Of a stretch of DNA of 64,000 nt, positions 35,761-45,369 are shown one piece after another. Each line of letters starts with the position of its first letter. Position 1 is the first letter of the stretch. The notes below the pieces were generated by a model. The model did no database searches and had not been told where the DNA came from. It was given only the letters and a program-made list of their open reading frames with translations. Source of the DNA: an uncultured Kiritimatiellota bacterium (lineage in GTDB: Bacteria; Verrucomicrobiota; Kiritimatiellia; RFP12; DVOR01); NCBI GenBank assembly GCA_944389565.1, contig CALXMV010000002.1, positions 49,309-113,308 of the forward strand, in the 5' to 3' direction. The translations under genes were made by a program, and so were the position numbers.

Positions 35761-36696
35761 ATGGAACACCCCATCAGCCTCCGTTACCGTTTGGAATACG
35801 CGGGGTTGCGGACTTTGCAGGTCGCGATCACGACGTTCCCCATCCGCTGGGTGGGGGCCGTCGCCTCCGGTCTCCTGCGCGTGGTCTTCCGCCTCTGCTG
35901 GCCGCTCAAGGCCGAGACCGTGAGCCGCGTGCGGGAGGTCTTCGGGGCCGAGACACCCATCGCGGAGTGCCGCCGCATCGCCCGCACCTCCATCTGGAAC
36001 ATGCTGATGAACTTCGTGGAGCTCTTCCACGCCGGGCGCATGGATCTGGCCTATCTCCGCGCGCACCTGGAAGGCACCGACGCCGCGAAGGCCACCCTGC
36101 AGCGCCTCATCGACCGGCATGGCGGCGTGGTCATCGCCCTGCCGCACATGGGCAACTGGGATCTCGCCGGCGTCGCCTGTTCCGCCTTCGGCTTCCCCCT
36201 CATGGCCGTGGGGCGCCCCCAGAACAATCCCCTCTTCGAGGCGTGGCTCCGCCGCGCGCGCCTCAACTTCCAGACCGTCGACCGTCGCCACCCCAGCTCG
36301 TTCGTCCGCGTGGCGCACCATCTCAAGGGCGGCGGCGTCTTCGCGATCCTCCCGGACGTCCGCCACAACAAGCCCGCCGTCCCCTGCACCGTCTTCGGCA
36401 AGCCCGATGTCCAGCTCGGCAAAGGCCTCGCCAAGTTCGCCCGCATGGCCAACGTGCCCGTCCTGCCCGTCGTGATGGAGCGGGTGGACGCCGACCATCA
36501 CCGCCTCACCCTCTCCAACCCCATCCTGCCCGACCCCGACGCCGACCCCGACGCCGACGCCCGGCGCATGACCCAGGCGGTCTGGGACATCTTCGAGCGG
36601 CGCATCCGCGCCACCCCCGAGCAATGGTTCTGGCACAACCGCCGCTGGATCCTCACCCCCCTTTACACGCAAACGCGCCATTCGCGCCATCACTGA
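35761..36696 (+). CDS. Lipid A biosynthesis lauroyl/myristoyl acyltransferase-like (LpxL/HtrB family)
   Basis: HX4D acyltransferase motif (HMGNWD) and family-typical length. Confidence 0.7.
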   Translation: MEHPISLRYRLEYAGLRTLQVAITTFPIRWVGAVASGLLRVVFRLCWPLKAETVSRVREVFGAETPIAECRRIARTSIWNMLMNFVELFHAGRMDLAYLRAHLEGTDAAKATLQRLIDRHGGVVIALPHMGNWDLAGVACSAFGFPLMAVGRPQNNPLFEAWLRRARLNFQTVDRRHPSSFVRVAHHLKGGGVFAILPDVRHNKPAVPCTVFGKPDVQLGKGLAKFARMANVPVLPVVMERVDADHHRLTLSNPILPDPDADPDADARRMTQAVWDIFERRIRATPEQWFWHNRRWILTPLYTQTRHSRHH

Positions 36697-36706
36697 GACC
36701 CCACCC

Positions 36707-37930
36707 ATGATCCTGGTCAACGAAAACTTCTCCAAACTGCAGGCCTCCTACCTCTTCTCCGAAATCGCCAAACGCGTCCGCGCCTACCAAGAGGCCACCC
36801 CCGACGCCGCGATCATCCGCCTGGGCATCGGCGACGTCACCCTCCCCCTCGCCCCGGCCTGCCTGGAGGCCATGCACCGCGCCGTCGACGAGCTCGGCCA
36901 CAGCGCCACCTTCCGCGGCTACGGCCCCGAGCAAGGCTATGCCTTCCTCCGCGAGGCCATCGCCCAAAACGACTACCAGGCCCGCGGGTGCGACATCGCC
37001 CCCGACGAGATCTTCGTCTCCGACGGCTCCAAGTGCGACTGCGCCAACATCCAGGAACTCTTCGCGGGCGAGGGCCTGCGCATCGCCATCCCCGACCCCG
37101 TCTACCCCGTCTACGTCGACACCAACGTCATGGCCGGCCGCACCGGCCCCGCGCGGGATGGCCGTTACGACGGGCTCGTCTACCTCGAAGGCACCGCCGC
37201 CAACGGCTTCGTCCCCGCGCCCCCCGCCGAGCCCGTCGACCTCATCTACCTCTGCTTCCCCAACAACCCCACCGGCGCCGTCGCCACCCGCGAGCAACTC
37301 CAGGCGTGGGTCGACTACGCCCGTGCCAACAAGGCCCTCATCCTCTTCGACGCCGCCTACGAGGCCTTCATCCGCGACCCCGCCATCCCCCACTCCATCT
37401 ACGAGATCCCCGGCGCGCGTGACTGCGCCATCGAGTTCCGCTCCTTCTCCAAGAAGGCGGGCTTCACCGGCGTGCGTTGCGCCTTCACCGTCGTCCCCAA
37501 GGGGCTCCTCGCCTACGCCAAGGACGGCACGGCCGTCCCCCTCCACCCCATGTGGAACCGCCGCCACACCACCAAGTTCAACGGCGTCTCCTACCCCGTC
37601 CAGCGCGCCGCCGAGGCCGTCTACTCCGCCGACGGCGCCTGCCAGACCACCCAGCAGGTCGATTACTACCTCGGCAACGCCAAGCTCATCCGCGCCGGCA
37701 TCCGCGCCCTCGGCCTCGACTGCGTGGGCGGCGACAACTCGCCATACGTGTGGGTCAACGTCCGGGGCGACTCCTGGGCCTTCTTCGACCGCCTGCTCCA
37801 CGCGGCGCAGGTCGTCACCACCCCCGGCGCGGGGTTCGGCAAATGCGGCGAGGGCTACATCCGCATCTCCGCCTTCAACGACCGCGCCAAGGTGCAGGAG
37901 GCCATGGGCCGCATCGCCCAGGCGCTCTGA
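36707..37930 (+). CDS. dapL: LL-diaminopimelate aminotransferase
   Basis: N-terminus [24 protein letters not shown]-Lys [10 protein letters not shown]. Confidence 0.8.
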   Translation: MILVNENFSKLQASYLFSEIAKRVRAYQEATPDAAIIRLGIGDVTLPLAPACLEAMHRAVDELGHSATFRGYGPEQGYAFLREAIAQNDYQARGCDIAPDEIFVSDGSKCDCANIQELFAGEGLRIAIPDPVYPVYVDTNVMAGRTGPARDGRYDGLVYLEGTAANGFVPAPPAEPVDLIYLCFPNNPTGAVATREQLQAWVDYARANKALILFDAAYEAFIRDPAIPHSIYEIPGARDCAIEFRSFSKKAGFTGVRCAFTVVPKGLLAYAKDGTAVPLHPMWNRRHTTKFNGVSYPVQRAAEAVYSADGACQTTQQVDYYLGNAKLIRAGIRALGLDCVGGDNSPYVWVNVRGDSWAFFDRLLHAAQVVTTPGAGFGKCGEGYIRISAFNDRAKVQEAMGRIAQAL

Positions 37931-38002
37931 GCGGTCGCCTTCCCGAGCCCGCCCCCCAAGGCGGGCTTTTCTTTTCCCCTTCCCCGCACAGGAGGTCCCC
38001 CC

Positions 38003-39205
38003 ATGACCGGTAACATGCTCATCGCCCAAAGCGGCGGCCCCTCGGTGGTCATCAACCAAAGCCTCGTCGGCGCCGTTCTCGCCGCCAAGACCTCCACCAA
38101 AATCGTCGAGATCCACGGCGCCCTCCACGGCATCCAAGGCATCCTCGACGAGGCCTTCATCGACCTGCGCGCCGAGCCCGAGGAGGTCCTCCTGCGCGTC
38201 GCCCAGACCCCCTCCTCCGCCCTCGGCTCCGTCCGCCGCAAGCCCTCCGCCGACGACTGCCGCGCCATCTTCCGCGTCCTCGCCAAGCGCGACATCCGCT
38301 ACTTCTTCTACATCGGCGGCAACGACTCCGCCGAGACCGCCAACATCATCGCCGAGGAGGCCGGCCGCCAAGGCTACGACCTGCGCTGCTTCCACATCCC
38401 CAAGACCATCGACAACGACCTCCTCTGCAACGACCACACCCCCGGCTACGGCTCCGCCGCGCGCTTCGTCGCCTGCGCCGTCCGCGGCGACGACCTGGAC
38501 AACCGCGCCCTCGGCGGCGTCAAGATCGACGTCATCATGGGCCGCAACGCCGGTTTCCTCGCCGCCGCCGCCGCGCTGGCCCGCCAAGACCCCGACGACG
38601 GCCCCCACCTCATCTACCTCCCCGAGCGCCCCTTCACCCTCGACCGCTTCGTCGCCGACGTCGCCGAATGCATCACCCGCCACGGTCGCTGCGTCGTCGC
38701 CGTCTCCGAAGGCATACGCGACCCCGACGGCCGCCCCATCGCCGAGGCCTTCTCCTCCGAGATCGACCCCCACGGCAACGTCCAGCTCACCTCCGGCGCG
38801 CTCGGCGAAAACCTCGCCGCCGTCATCCGCGCCAAGCTCCCCGCCGTCAGGCGCGTCCGCGCCGACACCTTCGGCTTCATCCAGCGCTGCTTCGTCGGGT
38901 GCGTCTCCGAGACAGACGCCAACGAGGCCCGCCTCGTCGGCTCCGTCGCCGTCCAGGCCGCCGTCGGCGGCAAGTACCAGAACGGCACCGTCACCATCAA
39001 CCGCCTCCCCGGCGCCGCCTACCAGGTCGACTACGCCATCGCGCCCCTCCCCGCCGTCGCCCGCCACACCCGATCCCTCCCCGACCGCTTCATCAACCCC
39101 GAGGGCAACAACGTCACCGGCCTCTTCCTCGACTACGCCCGCCCGCTCGTCGGCGCGCTCCCCGTCACCGCCCGTTTCAACGCCCTCCGCAACCGCCGCG
39201 CCTGA
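38003..39205 (+). CDS. 6-phosphofructokinase (PfkA family, possibly PPi-dependent)
   Basis: Motifs GGxSxVIN, GGNDS and PKTIDND. Confidence 0.75.
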   Translation: MTGNMLIAQSGGPSVVINQSLVGAVLAAKTSTKIVEIHGALHGIQGILDEAFIDLRAEPEEVLLRVAQTPSSALGSVRRKPSADDCRAIFRVLAKRDIRYFFYIGGNDSAETANIIAEEAGRQGYDLRCFHIPKTIDNDLLCNDHTPGYGSAARFVACAVRGDDLDNRALGGVKIDVIMGRNAGFLAAAAALARQDPDDGPHLIYLPERPFTLDRFVADVAECITRHGRCVVAVSEGIRDPDGRPIAEAFSSEIDPHGNVQLTSGALGENLAAVIRAKLPAVRRVRADTFGFIQRCFVGCVSETDANEARLVGSVAVQAAVGGKYQNGTVTINRLPGAAYQVDYAIAPLPAVARHTRSLPDRFINPEGNNVTGLFLDYARPLVGALPVTARFNALRNRRA

Positions 39206-39218
39206 CGCACGCCCGGCC

Positions 39219-40337
39219 ATGAGACCCTTCTCCCTCCTGATCAAGCCCGCCGGCGCGGATTGTAACCTGCGTTGCGAATACTGCTTCTACCTGGGGCGGG
39301 CGGCGCTCTACCCCGGGCGAGCCGTCCACCGCATGGACACCCCGACGCTCACGCGCCTGGTGCGCGGCTTCCTCGCCCTGCCCTTCCCCGCCCACACCTT
39401 CGCCTTCCAGGGCGGCGAGCCGCTCCTCATGGGCGAGGCCTTCTACCGCGACCTCCTCGCCCTCCAGCGCCGCTACGCCCGCCCCGGCGCCCAGATTACC
39501 AACTGCGTCCAGACCAACGGCACCCTCCTCACCCCCTCCCTGGCCCGGCTCTTCGCCGACAACCGCTTCCTCCTCGGGGTGAGCGTGGACGGCCCCGCCG
39601 CCGTGCACGACCTCCGCCGGCCCGACCCCGCCGGCCGCGGCAGCCATGCCGCCGTCCTGCGCGGCCTCGCCCTCCTCCGCGACGCCCACGTGGAGCACAA
39701 CCTCCTCACCCTCGTCTCCCAGAGCAACGTCCACGACCCTCTCGGCACCTACCGCTACCTCCGCGACACGCTCGGTTGCCGCTTCATGCAGTTCATCGAA
39801 TGCGTGGAGTTCGGCCCCGACGGCGCCCCCCTTCCTTACGCCATCTCCCCCGACGAGTGGGCCGACTTCGTCATCGCCGTCTTCGACGAATGGTACGCTC
39901 ACGACCTCCGCTCCGTCTCCGTCCGCCTCTTCGACAGCGTCGTCGCCAAGATCCTCACGGGCAACGCCAACAGCTGCTCGATGGGCGCCGACTGCCGCGA
40001 CTACCTCGTCGTCGAGCACAATGGCGACGTCTACCCCTGCGACTTCTTCGTCCGCCCCGAACTCCGCCTCGGCAACATCCTGGAGAACGACTGGGACGAG
40101 ATCTGGGATCACCCCCTCCACGCCGCCTTCGGCGCCCGCAAGGCGCAGACCCACCCCGATTGCGCCGGCTGCCCATGCCATGCCTTCTGCCAGGGCGACT
40201 GCCCCAAAAACCGCACCGGCCACGACCCCGCCGCCGACCCGCGTACCCTCTCCTACCTCTGCCCGGCCTGGAAACGGATCTACGCCCACATCCTCCCCCC
40301 TCTCCGCCGCGAGGCCGAGAAACTCCGCCGCCGCTGA
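39219..40337 (+). CDS. Anaerobic sulfatase-maturating enzyme (radical SAM/SPASM)
   Basis: CNLRCEYC (CxxxCxxC) motif plus C-terminal Cys clusters. Confidence 0.85.
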   Translation: MRPFSLLIKPAGADCNLRCEYCFYLGRAALYPGRAVHRMDTPTLTRLVRGFLALPFPAHTFAFQGGEPLLMGEAFYRDLLALQRRYARPGAQITNCVQTNGTLLTPSLARLFADNRFLLGVSVDGPAAVHDLRRPDPAGRGSHAAVLRGLALLRDAHVEHNLLTLVSQSNVHDPLGTYRYLRDTLGCRFMQFIECVEFGPDGAPLPYAISPDEWADFVIAVFDEWYAHDLRSVSVRLFDSVVAKILTGNANSCSMGADCRDYLVVEHNGDVYPCDFFVRPELRLGNILENDWDEIWDHPLHAAFGARKAQTHPDCAGCPCHAFCQGDCPKNRTGHDPAADPRTLSYLCPAWKRIYAHILPPLRREAEKLRRR

Positions 40338-40753
40338 CCCCCCCGCCGCCGACCCGCGCGTCCCTGCCCCCCGACCCTGCGCATGGTTCACCCCCGACCC
40401 TGCGCAGGGTCGGCGTTGGTTCGTGCGCGACACGCCCCTAAAAAAGGTCTTAAGCGGTCACGGGACCGCCAACACCCCTTTTTCGAGGGAAAACCGAAAA
40501 TCACGAAAAGTGATTGCAATCCGAATGGTTATTTGATATTTTCCGAAGCGTTGTCCCCATCGGGGCGTCTGTGAAAGGAACGATTCATGACTGACACCGT
40601 TTGCGATGCGTCGCGCTTCGCGGCGATACACGACAAAGACTTCGCCATGGCCCACACGCTGCCGGGCTACCGTCTCGCAGTCCCCCGCGCACACCTGTCT
40701 TGACTGCCTCCGTTTTGCCAACCTATGTGTGTTTTTTTGCGAAAGGATCGACT

Positions 40754-42310
40754 ATGACCCCCACACCGCCCGTCGCCGTCGAGAAGAAGGCCGTCGCCAC
40801 CCTTCCCGAAAACGTCCGCTCCTTCATCGTTCCCTCCTACCAGCGTGGTTATCGTTGGGGCGAAGTCCAGGTGCGCCAACTGGTCGAAGACCTCAGGGAG
40901 GCCGCCGAGAACGGGAAGCCCTATTGCCTCCAACCGCTGGTCGTGCATGGGGACAAGAACACAAAAGAATGGCGTGTCATCGACGGTCAGCAACGCCTGA
41001 CGACCCTGTGGCTTCTGCTCGACGCCCTGGGGAAACGCCCCTCGTGGCAGTTATGTTACGAACGGCACGGCGGCGTGACGAAGCCCCTGGACATCCCGGA
41101 AGGGACACCGGACGCTTTTTTCGTCACCCATGCCCGGCAAGCGCTGAGCGAGAGCCCGGGGTTGGAAGCCTATCTCGACGACCCGAACGGCCCCTTTTTC
41201 CTGTGGTACGAGCCGGAAGGCAAGGAAAGCGACATCTTCGCGCGCCTGAACGCCGGCAAAATCCATCTCTCCAACGCGGAGCTCATCAAGGCCGCCCTGC
41301 TTGACAGGCAGGCGGACGTCAACGCGCGACAGTGGGACGCCGTCGAGCAACGCCTGCAAGACGAGGACTTTTGGTGTTTCGTCAATCCCGAGCCGGACGC
41401 CGCCCGCTTCAGCGCCGCCCGTATCGATTTCCTCTTTGAGCTGTGGATGCGGCGAGGGGGGAACGGGAAAAGCGACGATTTCGCGAAGAACCCGGAGCAG
41501 GCCTTCCGACGCAATCCCTTTGTCGTCTACGAGGCGGTCGTGGGCACGAAAGAGGCCCCAAACGACACAAAGGCGGTCTGGCAGGAGGTCTGCGAGATCT
41601 CTGACAAGATGAACGAGTGGTATGACGACCCATGGCTCTACCATCTCATCGGTTTCCTGATGGCCAACCGCGTCAAGAAGCCGGAAGAGCGATTCAGGAC
41701 CCTGCTGGAACTGCTCGCCAAAGTCACGCCCAAAAAGGCGGGTCAGGCGGAAGAGCCGTTGACGAAACACGGTTTCGTGCAGGAGGTCAGGGAGCGCTGC
41801 CGACAGGCAATCTTCGGGGACAGGGAGATCGAGGCTTGCCTGGGGGGATGGGTGTATGGGAAGAACAACAAGGAAATCATCGCCGCGCTTCTCCTCTTCA
41901 ATCTCGCGCTGACGCATCACGCGGGATTGGAACGGACGCGTTTCCCGTTCGGCACCTTTCGGGGAACAGGTTGGAGCATCGAGCACATCCACCCGCACGC
42001 GCGAGGCGGAAGCGATGCGTTCGGCAATTTGACGCTCCTGCCAAAAGGGGACAATGCGGCGTTCAGCGACGGGATCTTCCACGAGAAACGGAGTTGTTTT
42101 CGGAAATGGTTGGGGGTTGACGGCACGGATGGCCCGTCTGACGGGCCAAAAGGATTCATCCCATTGGGCACGCGCCTTGTCTTCGCCCGTTTTGTCGGCC
42201 GTGAGGCGCCCGAGGAGACTTCAGGGGATTGGGACGCCGAAAAGGACGGCGGGCCGTATCAGGCTTTCGTCGCCAAGACCATCGAGACCTATCTGCCGAA
42301 CGGAAAATAA
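40754..42310 (+). CDS. GmrSD-like type IV restriction/DNA-modification-sensing protein (DUF262 ParB-like N-domain plus DUF1524 His-Me finger C-domain)
   Basis: AAAGGA RBS before the ATG at 40754. DGQQRLTT motif. C-terminal EHIHPHARGG…GNLTLLPKGDN. The island has lower GC. Confidence 0.75.
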   Translation: MTPTPPVAVEKKAVATLPENVRSFIVPSYQRGYRWGEVQVRQLVEDLREAAENGKPYCLQPLVVHGDKNTKEWRVIDGQQRLTTLWLLLDALGKRPSWQLCYERHGGVTKPLDIPEGTPDAFFVTHARQALSESPGLEAYLDDPNGPFFLWYEPEGKESDIFARLNAGKIHLSNAELIKAALLDRQADVNARQWDAVEQRLQDEDFWCFVNPEPDAARFSAARIDFLFELWMRRGGNGKSDDFAKNPEQAFRRNPFVVYEAVVGTKEAPNDTKAVWQEVCEISDKMNEWYDDPWLYHLIGFLMANRVKKPEERFRTLLELLAKVTPKKAGQAEEPLTKHGFVQEVRERCRQAIFGDREIEACLGGWVYGKNNKEIIAALLLFNLALTHHAGLERTRFPFGTFRGTGWSIEHIHPHARGGSDAFGNLTLLPKGDNAAFSDGIFHEKRSCFRKWLGVDGTDGPSDGPKGFIPLGTRLVFARFVGREAPEETSGDWDAEKDGGPYQAFVAKTIETYLPNGK

Positions 42311-42320
42311 GGAGACCGCC

Positions 42321-43385
42321 ATGCACGAACCAACCTTTCTGCGCGAACTAACCTTTCTGGATGCCTTGCGGAAACGGCCCATCGTCATCCCCGCGATTCA
42401 GCGCGACTACGCGCAAGGGCGCGACACAACCCAAGCGGCGAACATCCGCACGGCGTTCGTGCGGCGGCTGGATGAGGCCGCCCGTGACCCGGGACGGGCG
42501 CTGAGCCTCGACTTGGTGTACATGGCCAAGGACGACAAGGCCGACTGGGTGCCTGTGGATGGGCAGCAGCGCCTCACCACGCTCTTTCTCTTCCATCTCT
42601 ATCATCTGAAAGACGTCTCCGACCTCAAACGCTTCAGTTATGCGGTGCGCCGCTCTTCACAGGCTTTCTGCGAGAAGGTCGTGGAGCGACAGCCGGACTG
42701 GAAGGGATTGGTGGAGGGAGGGCAGTATCCCACCCCCTCGGCGGCCATCCGCGACCAAGTCTGGTTTCTGAGCGCGTGGGAACGCGATCCCACCGTCAAG
42801 GGGATGCTCCAGACGCTGGACACCATCCACGGGGAAGCCAAGCAGAAAGCCCCGCTTCCGGAAGGATGGGAACGGAACATCACCTTTTGGGGCTACGAAC
42901 CCGAGGGGGACGCCGACGTGATCTACCGCGAGCTCAACGCCCGCGGCAAGCCGCTCACGCCCTTCGAGAACCTCAAAGCCTTCATCGATGGCCGCCCCGG
43001 CGTGACGAAGGACTGGAGAACGAATATCGACGGCGCATGGCTGGACGCGATCTGGGGGGCCGTCGAGAAAACGGAAGACCCGGAGTCCGCGTGCGACACG
43101 GCGCTGCTGACGCTGACGGTGGCGACACTTCTTGTCCGGGCCGTCGCGAAAGGCTCGGTCTCCGAGGAAACGGACGTCCAGGAAGCATTGGCCGTCCTGA
43201 TGGATCCCAACGCCTGGCTCTCGGACAATCTGCGAGAACGCCTGTGCGACGATGCCGCGCCTGAGGCGTTGGACAGGGATTTCGGGAAGGTGGCGCAGGA
43301 CGGCGGCAAGGAAGCCGCCGACCGGATGACCGCGCCCTGGGAGACAGGGGCAAGTTCCCGCTCATCGACAAACTTGCGCGGATAG
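42321..43385 (+). CDS. Second DUF262 (ParB-like NTPase/nuclease) protein; its reading frame probably continues by a -1 shift into 43265..44440
   Basis: AAGGAG RBS. DGQQRLTTLF motif. GC3 collapses after ~43345 while the -1 frame becomes codon-like. Confidence 0.6.
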   Translation: MHEPTFLRELTFLDALRKRPIVIPAIQRDYAQGRDTTQAANIRTAFVRRLDEAARDPGRALSLDLVYMAKDDKADWVPVDGQQRLTTLFLFHLYHLKDVSDLKRFSYAVRRSSQAFCEKVVERQPDWKGLVEGGQYPTPSAAIRDQVWFLSAWERDPTVKGMLQTLDTIHGEAKQKAPLPEGWERNITFWGYEPEGDADVIYRELNARGKPLTPFENLKAFIDGRPGVTKDWRTNIDGAWLDAIWGAVEKTEDPESACDTALLTLTVATLLVRAVAKGSVSEETDVQEALAVLMDPNAWLSDNLRERLCDDAAPEALDRDFGKVAQDGGKEAADRMTAPWETGASSRSSTNLRG

Positions 43386-43411
43386 CCAACGACCATCTCA
43401 CGTATGCCGAC

Positions 43412-44440
43412 TTGACCCTGCTGTATGCCTATTTGGAGGAACCGACCCATTGCCCGGAATGGTGGCGCGTCATCCACAACATCGTCGAGAACACGACGAT
43501 CGACAGCGCGAAAACGTTCGTCAGCGCGATCAAGTCCTTCACGGAACTGACCAAAGGCGCCAACCAGGGGCATGCCACCTTCCAAACGGCGCTGGGAGCG
43601 TCCGGCTTCGCGAAAGACCAGCGCATGGAAGAACGCAAAAAACTGGAACTCATCGCCGCAAACCCGTCTTGGCGTGGCCGTATCGTAGAGGCAGAGAGAT
43701 TGCCATGGCAAAAAGGCCGGATCGGGTTCCTGCTGGACCAGGGCGACAGCGATCCGGAAACCTTCGCAACGATCAAAGGATCCTTCATGTCGACATTCGC
43801 GGACGAAACGTCACGCCGCGCTTGGCTCCGCGACACCGTCCTCCCGCGGATCGAGGCCGCCTACTATACACCCGACACCGACAAAGCGGTTTACATCCCC
43901 TGTACGCTCGTCTATCCCGAGAATGACCACATCCTCAAAGATTTCCTCTACAGCCATTCATGGCAGATCGAATCCTTGGCACAGGCCGGCCAGGCAACCA
44001 CGGCGCGTTCCGCGTGGCGCGACCGTCTGGATTGTCTCTGCGAGGGGTGGGACGATCCGCGCGGGCAACCCTATGCCGATCGGTACGTCATCCAAACCAG
44101 ATCCGTGAACAGCCCCGGCGTTTATTTGTATACACGCCGCTATCTCAACGACAACACGGCTTACCGCATTGACAAGGCGGTCGATTGGTGGTATGCCCTC
44201 TCGGGCGTGACCCCCTGCAACAACAGGTGGTGCTTGATCAGAGGCGGAACCGCCGTGGAGGTCACGTGGCAGGGCGAAACGCTCCGTCTCATCCACGTTG
44301 ATCCGGGGTGGCAGGGCGTATGCAGCAAAGACACGGAAAAACAAACGTGGGGCGAGGACGTCGCATTCAACCCACAGACGCAGACGCTCGGGGACGTCGT
44401 GAAAACATTGCGCGAGGAGGCCTCGCATGGAAACGGATGA
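43412..44440 (+). CDS. Unknown protein. The frame is open from 43265, so this is possibly the C-terminal half of the preceding DUF262 gene, with an ENDHI(x)n putative degenerate nuclease motif.
   Basis: The ORF-track start is TTG. The same frame reads …GKFPLIDKLARIANDHLTYADL… upstream with high GC3. Confidence 0.5.
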   Translation: MTLLYAYLEEPTHCPEWWRVIHNIVENTTIDSAKTFVSAIKSFTELTKGANQGHATFQTALGASGFAKDQRMEERKKLELIAANPSWRGRIVEAERLPWQKGRIGFLLDQGDSDPETFATIKGSFMSTFADETSRRAWLRDTVLPRIEAAYYTPDTDKAVYIPCTLVYPENDHILKDFLYSHSWQIESLAQAGQATTARSAWRDRLDCLCEGWDDPRGQPYADRYVIQTRSVNSPGVYLYTRRYLNDNTAYRIDKAVDWWYALSGVTPCNNRWCLIRGGTAVEVTWQGETLRLIHVDPGWQGVCSKDTEKQTWGEDVAFNPQTQTLGDVVKTLREEASHGNG

Positions 44441-45263
44441 CGAGTTGGAGTGGTACCTTGAGCCACCGGAGTGGCAACTTTCCGGAGCCAAAGAGGCGCC
44501 CCCGCCCGCCGACTGGCCGGGCGACATCTTCCCGCGGTGGGAGGCCTTCCGACGCGCCCACCAGTCCGCCGACGCCGTGTTCGATCCTGCGATCGACGAG
44601 TCTTGGCGCTTGTCGGATATCTACGCCCTCCGTCGCAGCCGGGACGGCGAGGGTGATTGGCGCCTTACCTGTAAGGGCGTTCCTCCCGAAGCCTACATGG
44701 GCAATAAGGCGCTGCGCCTCGTGGTCGCGCCCGACCCGGCCTTAGAAATCCAGGGTTGCGGTTGCGGAAGTAACGCCATCGGCGCGCGGGCCTTCAAGGG
44801 CTGCGTGAACCTGAACTACGTCACCCACCTCGCGAACGACGTCTACGACATCGAGGAAGAAGCCTTCGCCGGGTGCTCGGCCCTGCGCGAGATCTGGAAC
44901 TTTCCCTTTTATCTGACGCGCATCGGGAAGCGTGCCTTCCAAGGGTGCGAGCGGCTCTGGAGGATTTGCCTGCCGGATTGCTTGGATGAAATCGGAGAAG
45001 AGGCCTTTTCCGGGTGCTCGGCCCTGTTGAAAGTCACTTTCGCGGAATGCATGCCTGATTGCCTTCGGTTTATCGGCCCACGCGCCTTCGCGGGGTGTGC
45101 GAGCCTACGGAAGGTCTATCTCCCGCAAACGCTCGAAACACTCGGGACAGACGCTTTCGCGGGCTGCCGCGCCCTCCGGCACGTCATCCTGCCCCGCACG
45201 TTGGAGGCGTCCATACCCGACGCCTTCCCGGACAGCACCGAAGCCGACTTCGTCTTTCACTGA
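44427..45263 (+). CDS. Leucine-rich-repeat protein (BspA-type LRR_5 repeats)
   Basis: GAGGAGG RBS. Repeats IG(x)AF(x)GC(x)L(x)V(x)LP occur about five times. It overlaps the upstream gene by 14 nt. Confidence 0.7.
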   Translation: METDDELEWYLEPPEWQLSGAKEAPPPADWPGDIFPRWEAFRRAHQSADAVFDPAIDESWRLSDIYALRRSRDGEGDWRLTCKGVPPEAYMGNKALRLVVAPDPALEIQGCGCGSNAIGARAFKGCVNLNYVTHLANDVYDIEEEAFAGCSALREIWNFPFYLTRIGKRAFQGCERLWRICLPDCLDEIGEEAFSGCSALLKVTFAECMPDCLRFIGPRAFAGCASLRKVYLPQTLETLGTDAFAGCRALRHVILPRTLEASIPDAFPDSTEADFVFH

Positions 45264-45369
45264 GCCGCCCGCCGGGAATCCCCCCGGTGACCTTGCGTGC
45301 GGCCAAGGATGGCAACACAGGCGGACAGGCGTTTGTCTTGCGCGGATCGCGGAAGCCCGGGACGAGGGA

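Noticed and set aside
40367-40413. Direct repeat CCCCCGACCCTGCGCA x2 plus a CGACCCTG-CGC-CAGGGTCG hairpin after anSME, as a possible att site or island boundary duplication
   Set aside because: The hairpin is most simply a terminator-like structure for anSME. There is no matching copy at the other end of the island (45263-45370).
36653-40433. Minus-strand ORFs 36653..39244 and 39177..40433 opposite dapL, PFK and anSME
   Set aside because: They lie antisense to strongly supported plus-strand enzymes with clear motifs. The same applies to 46755..49091, 48700..51114, 57407..60130 and 60025..61766.
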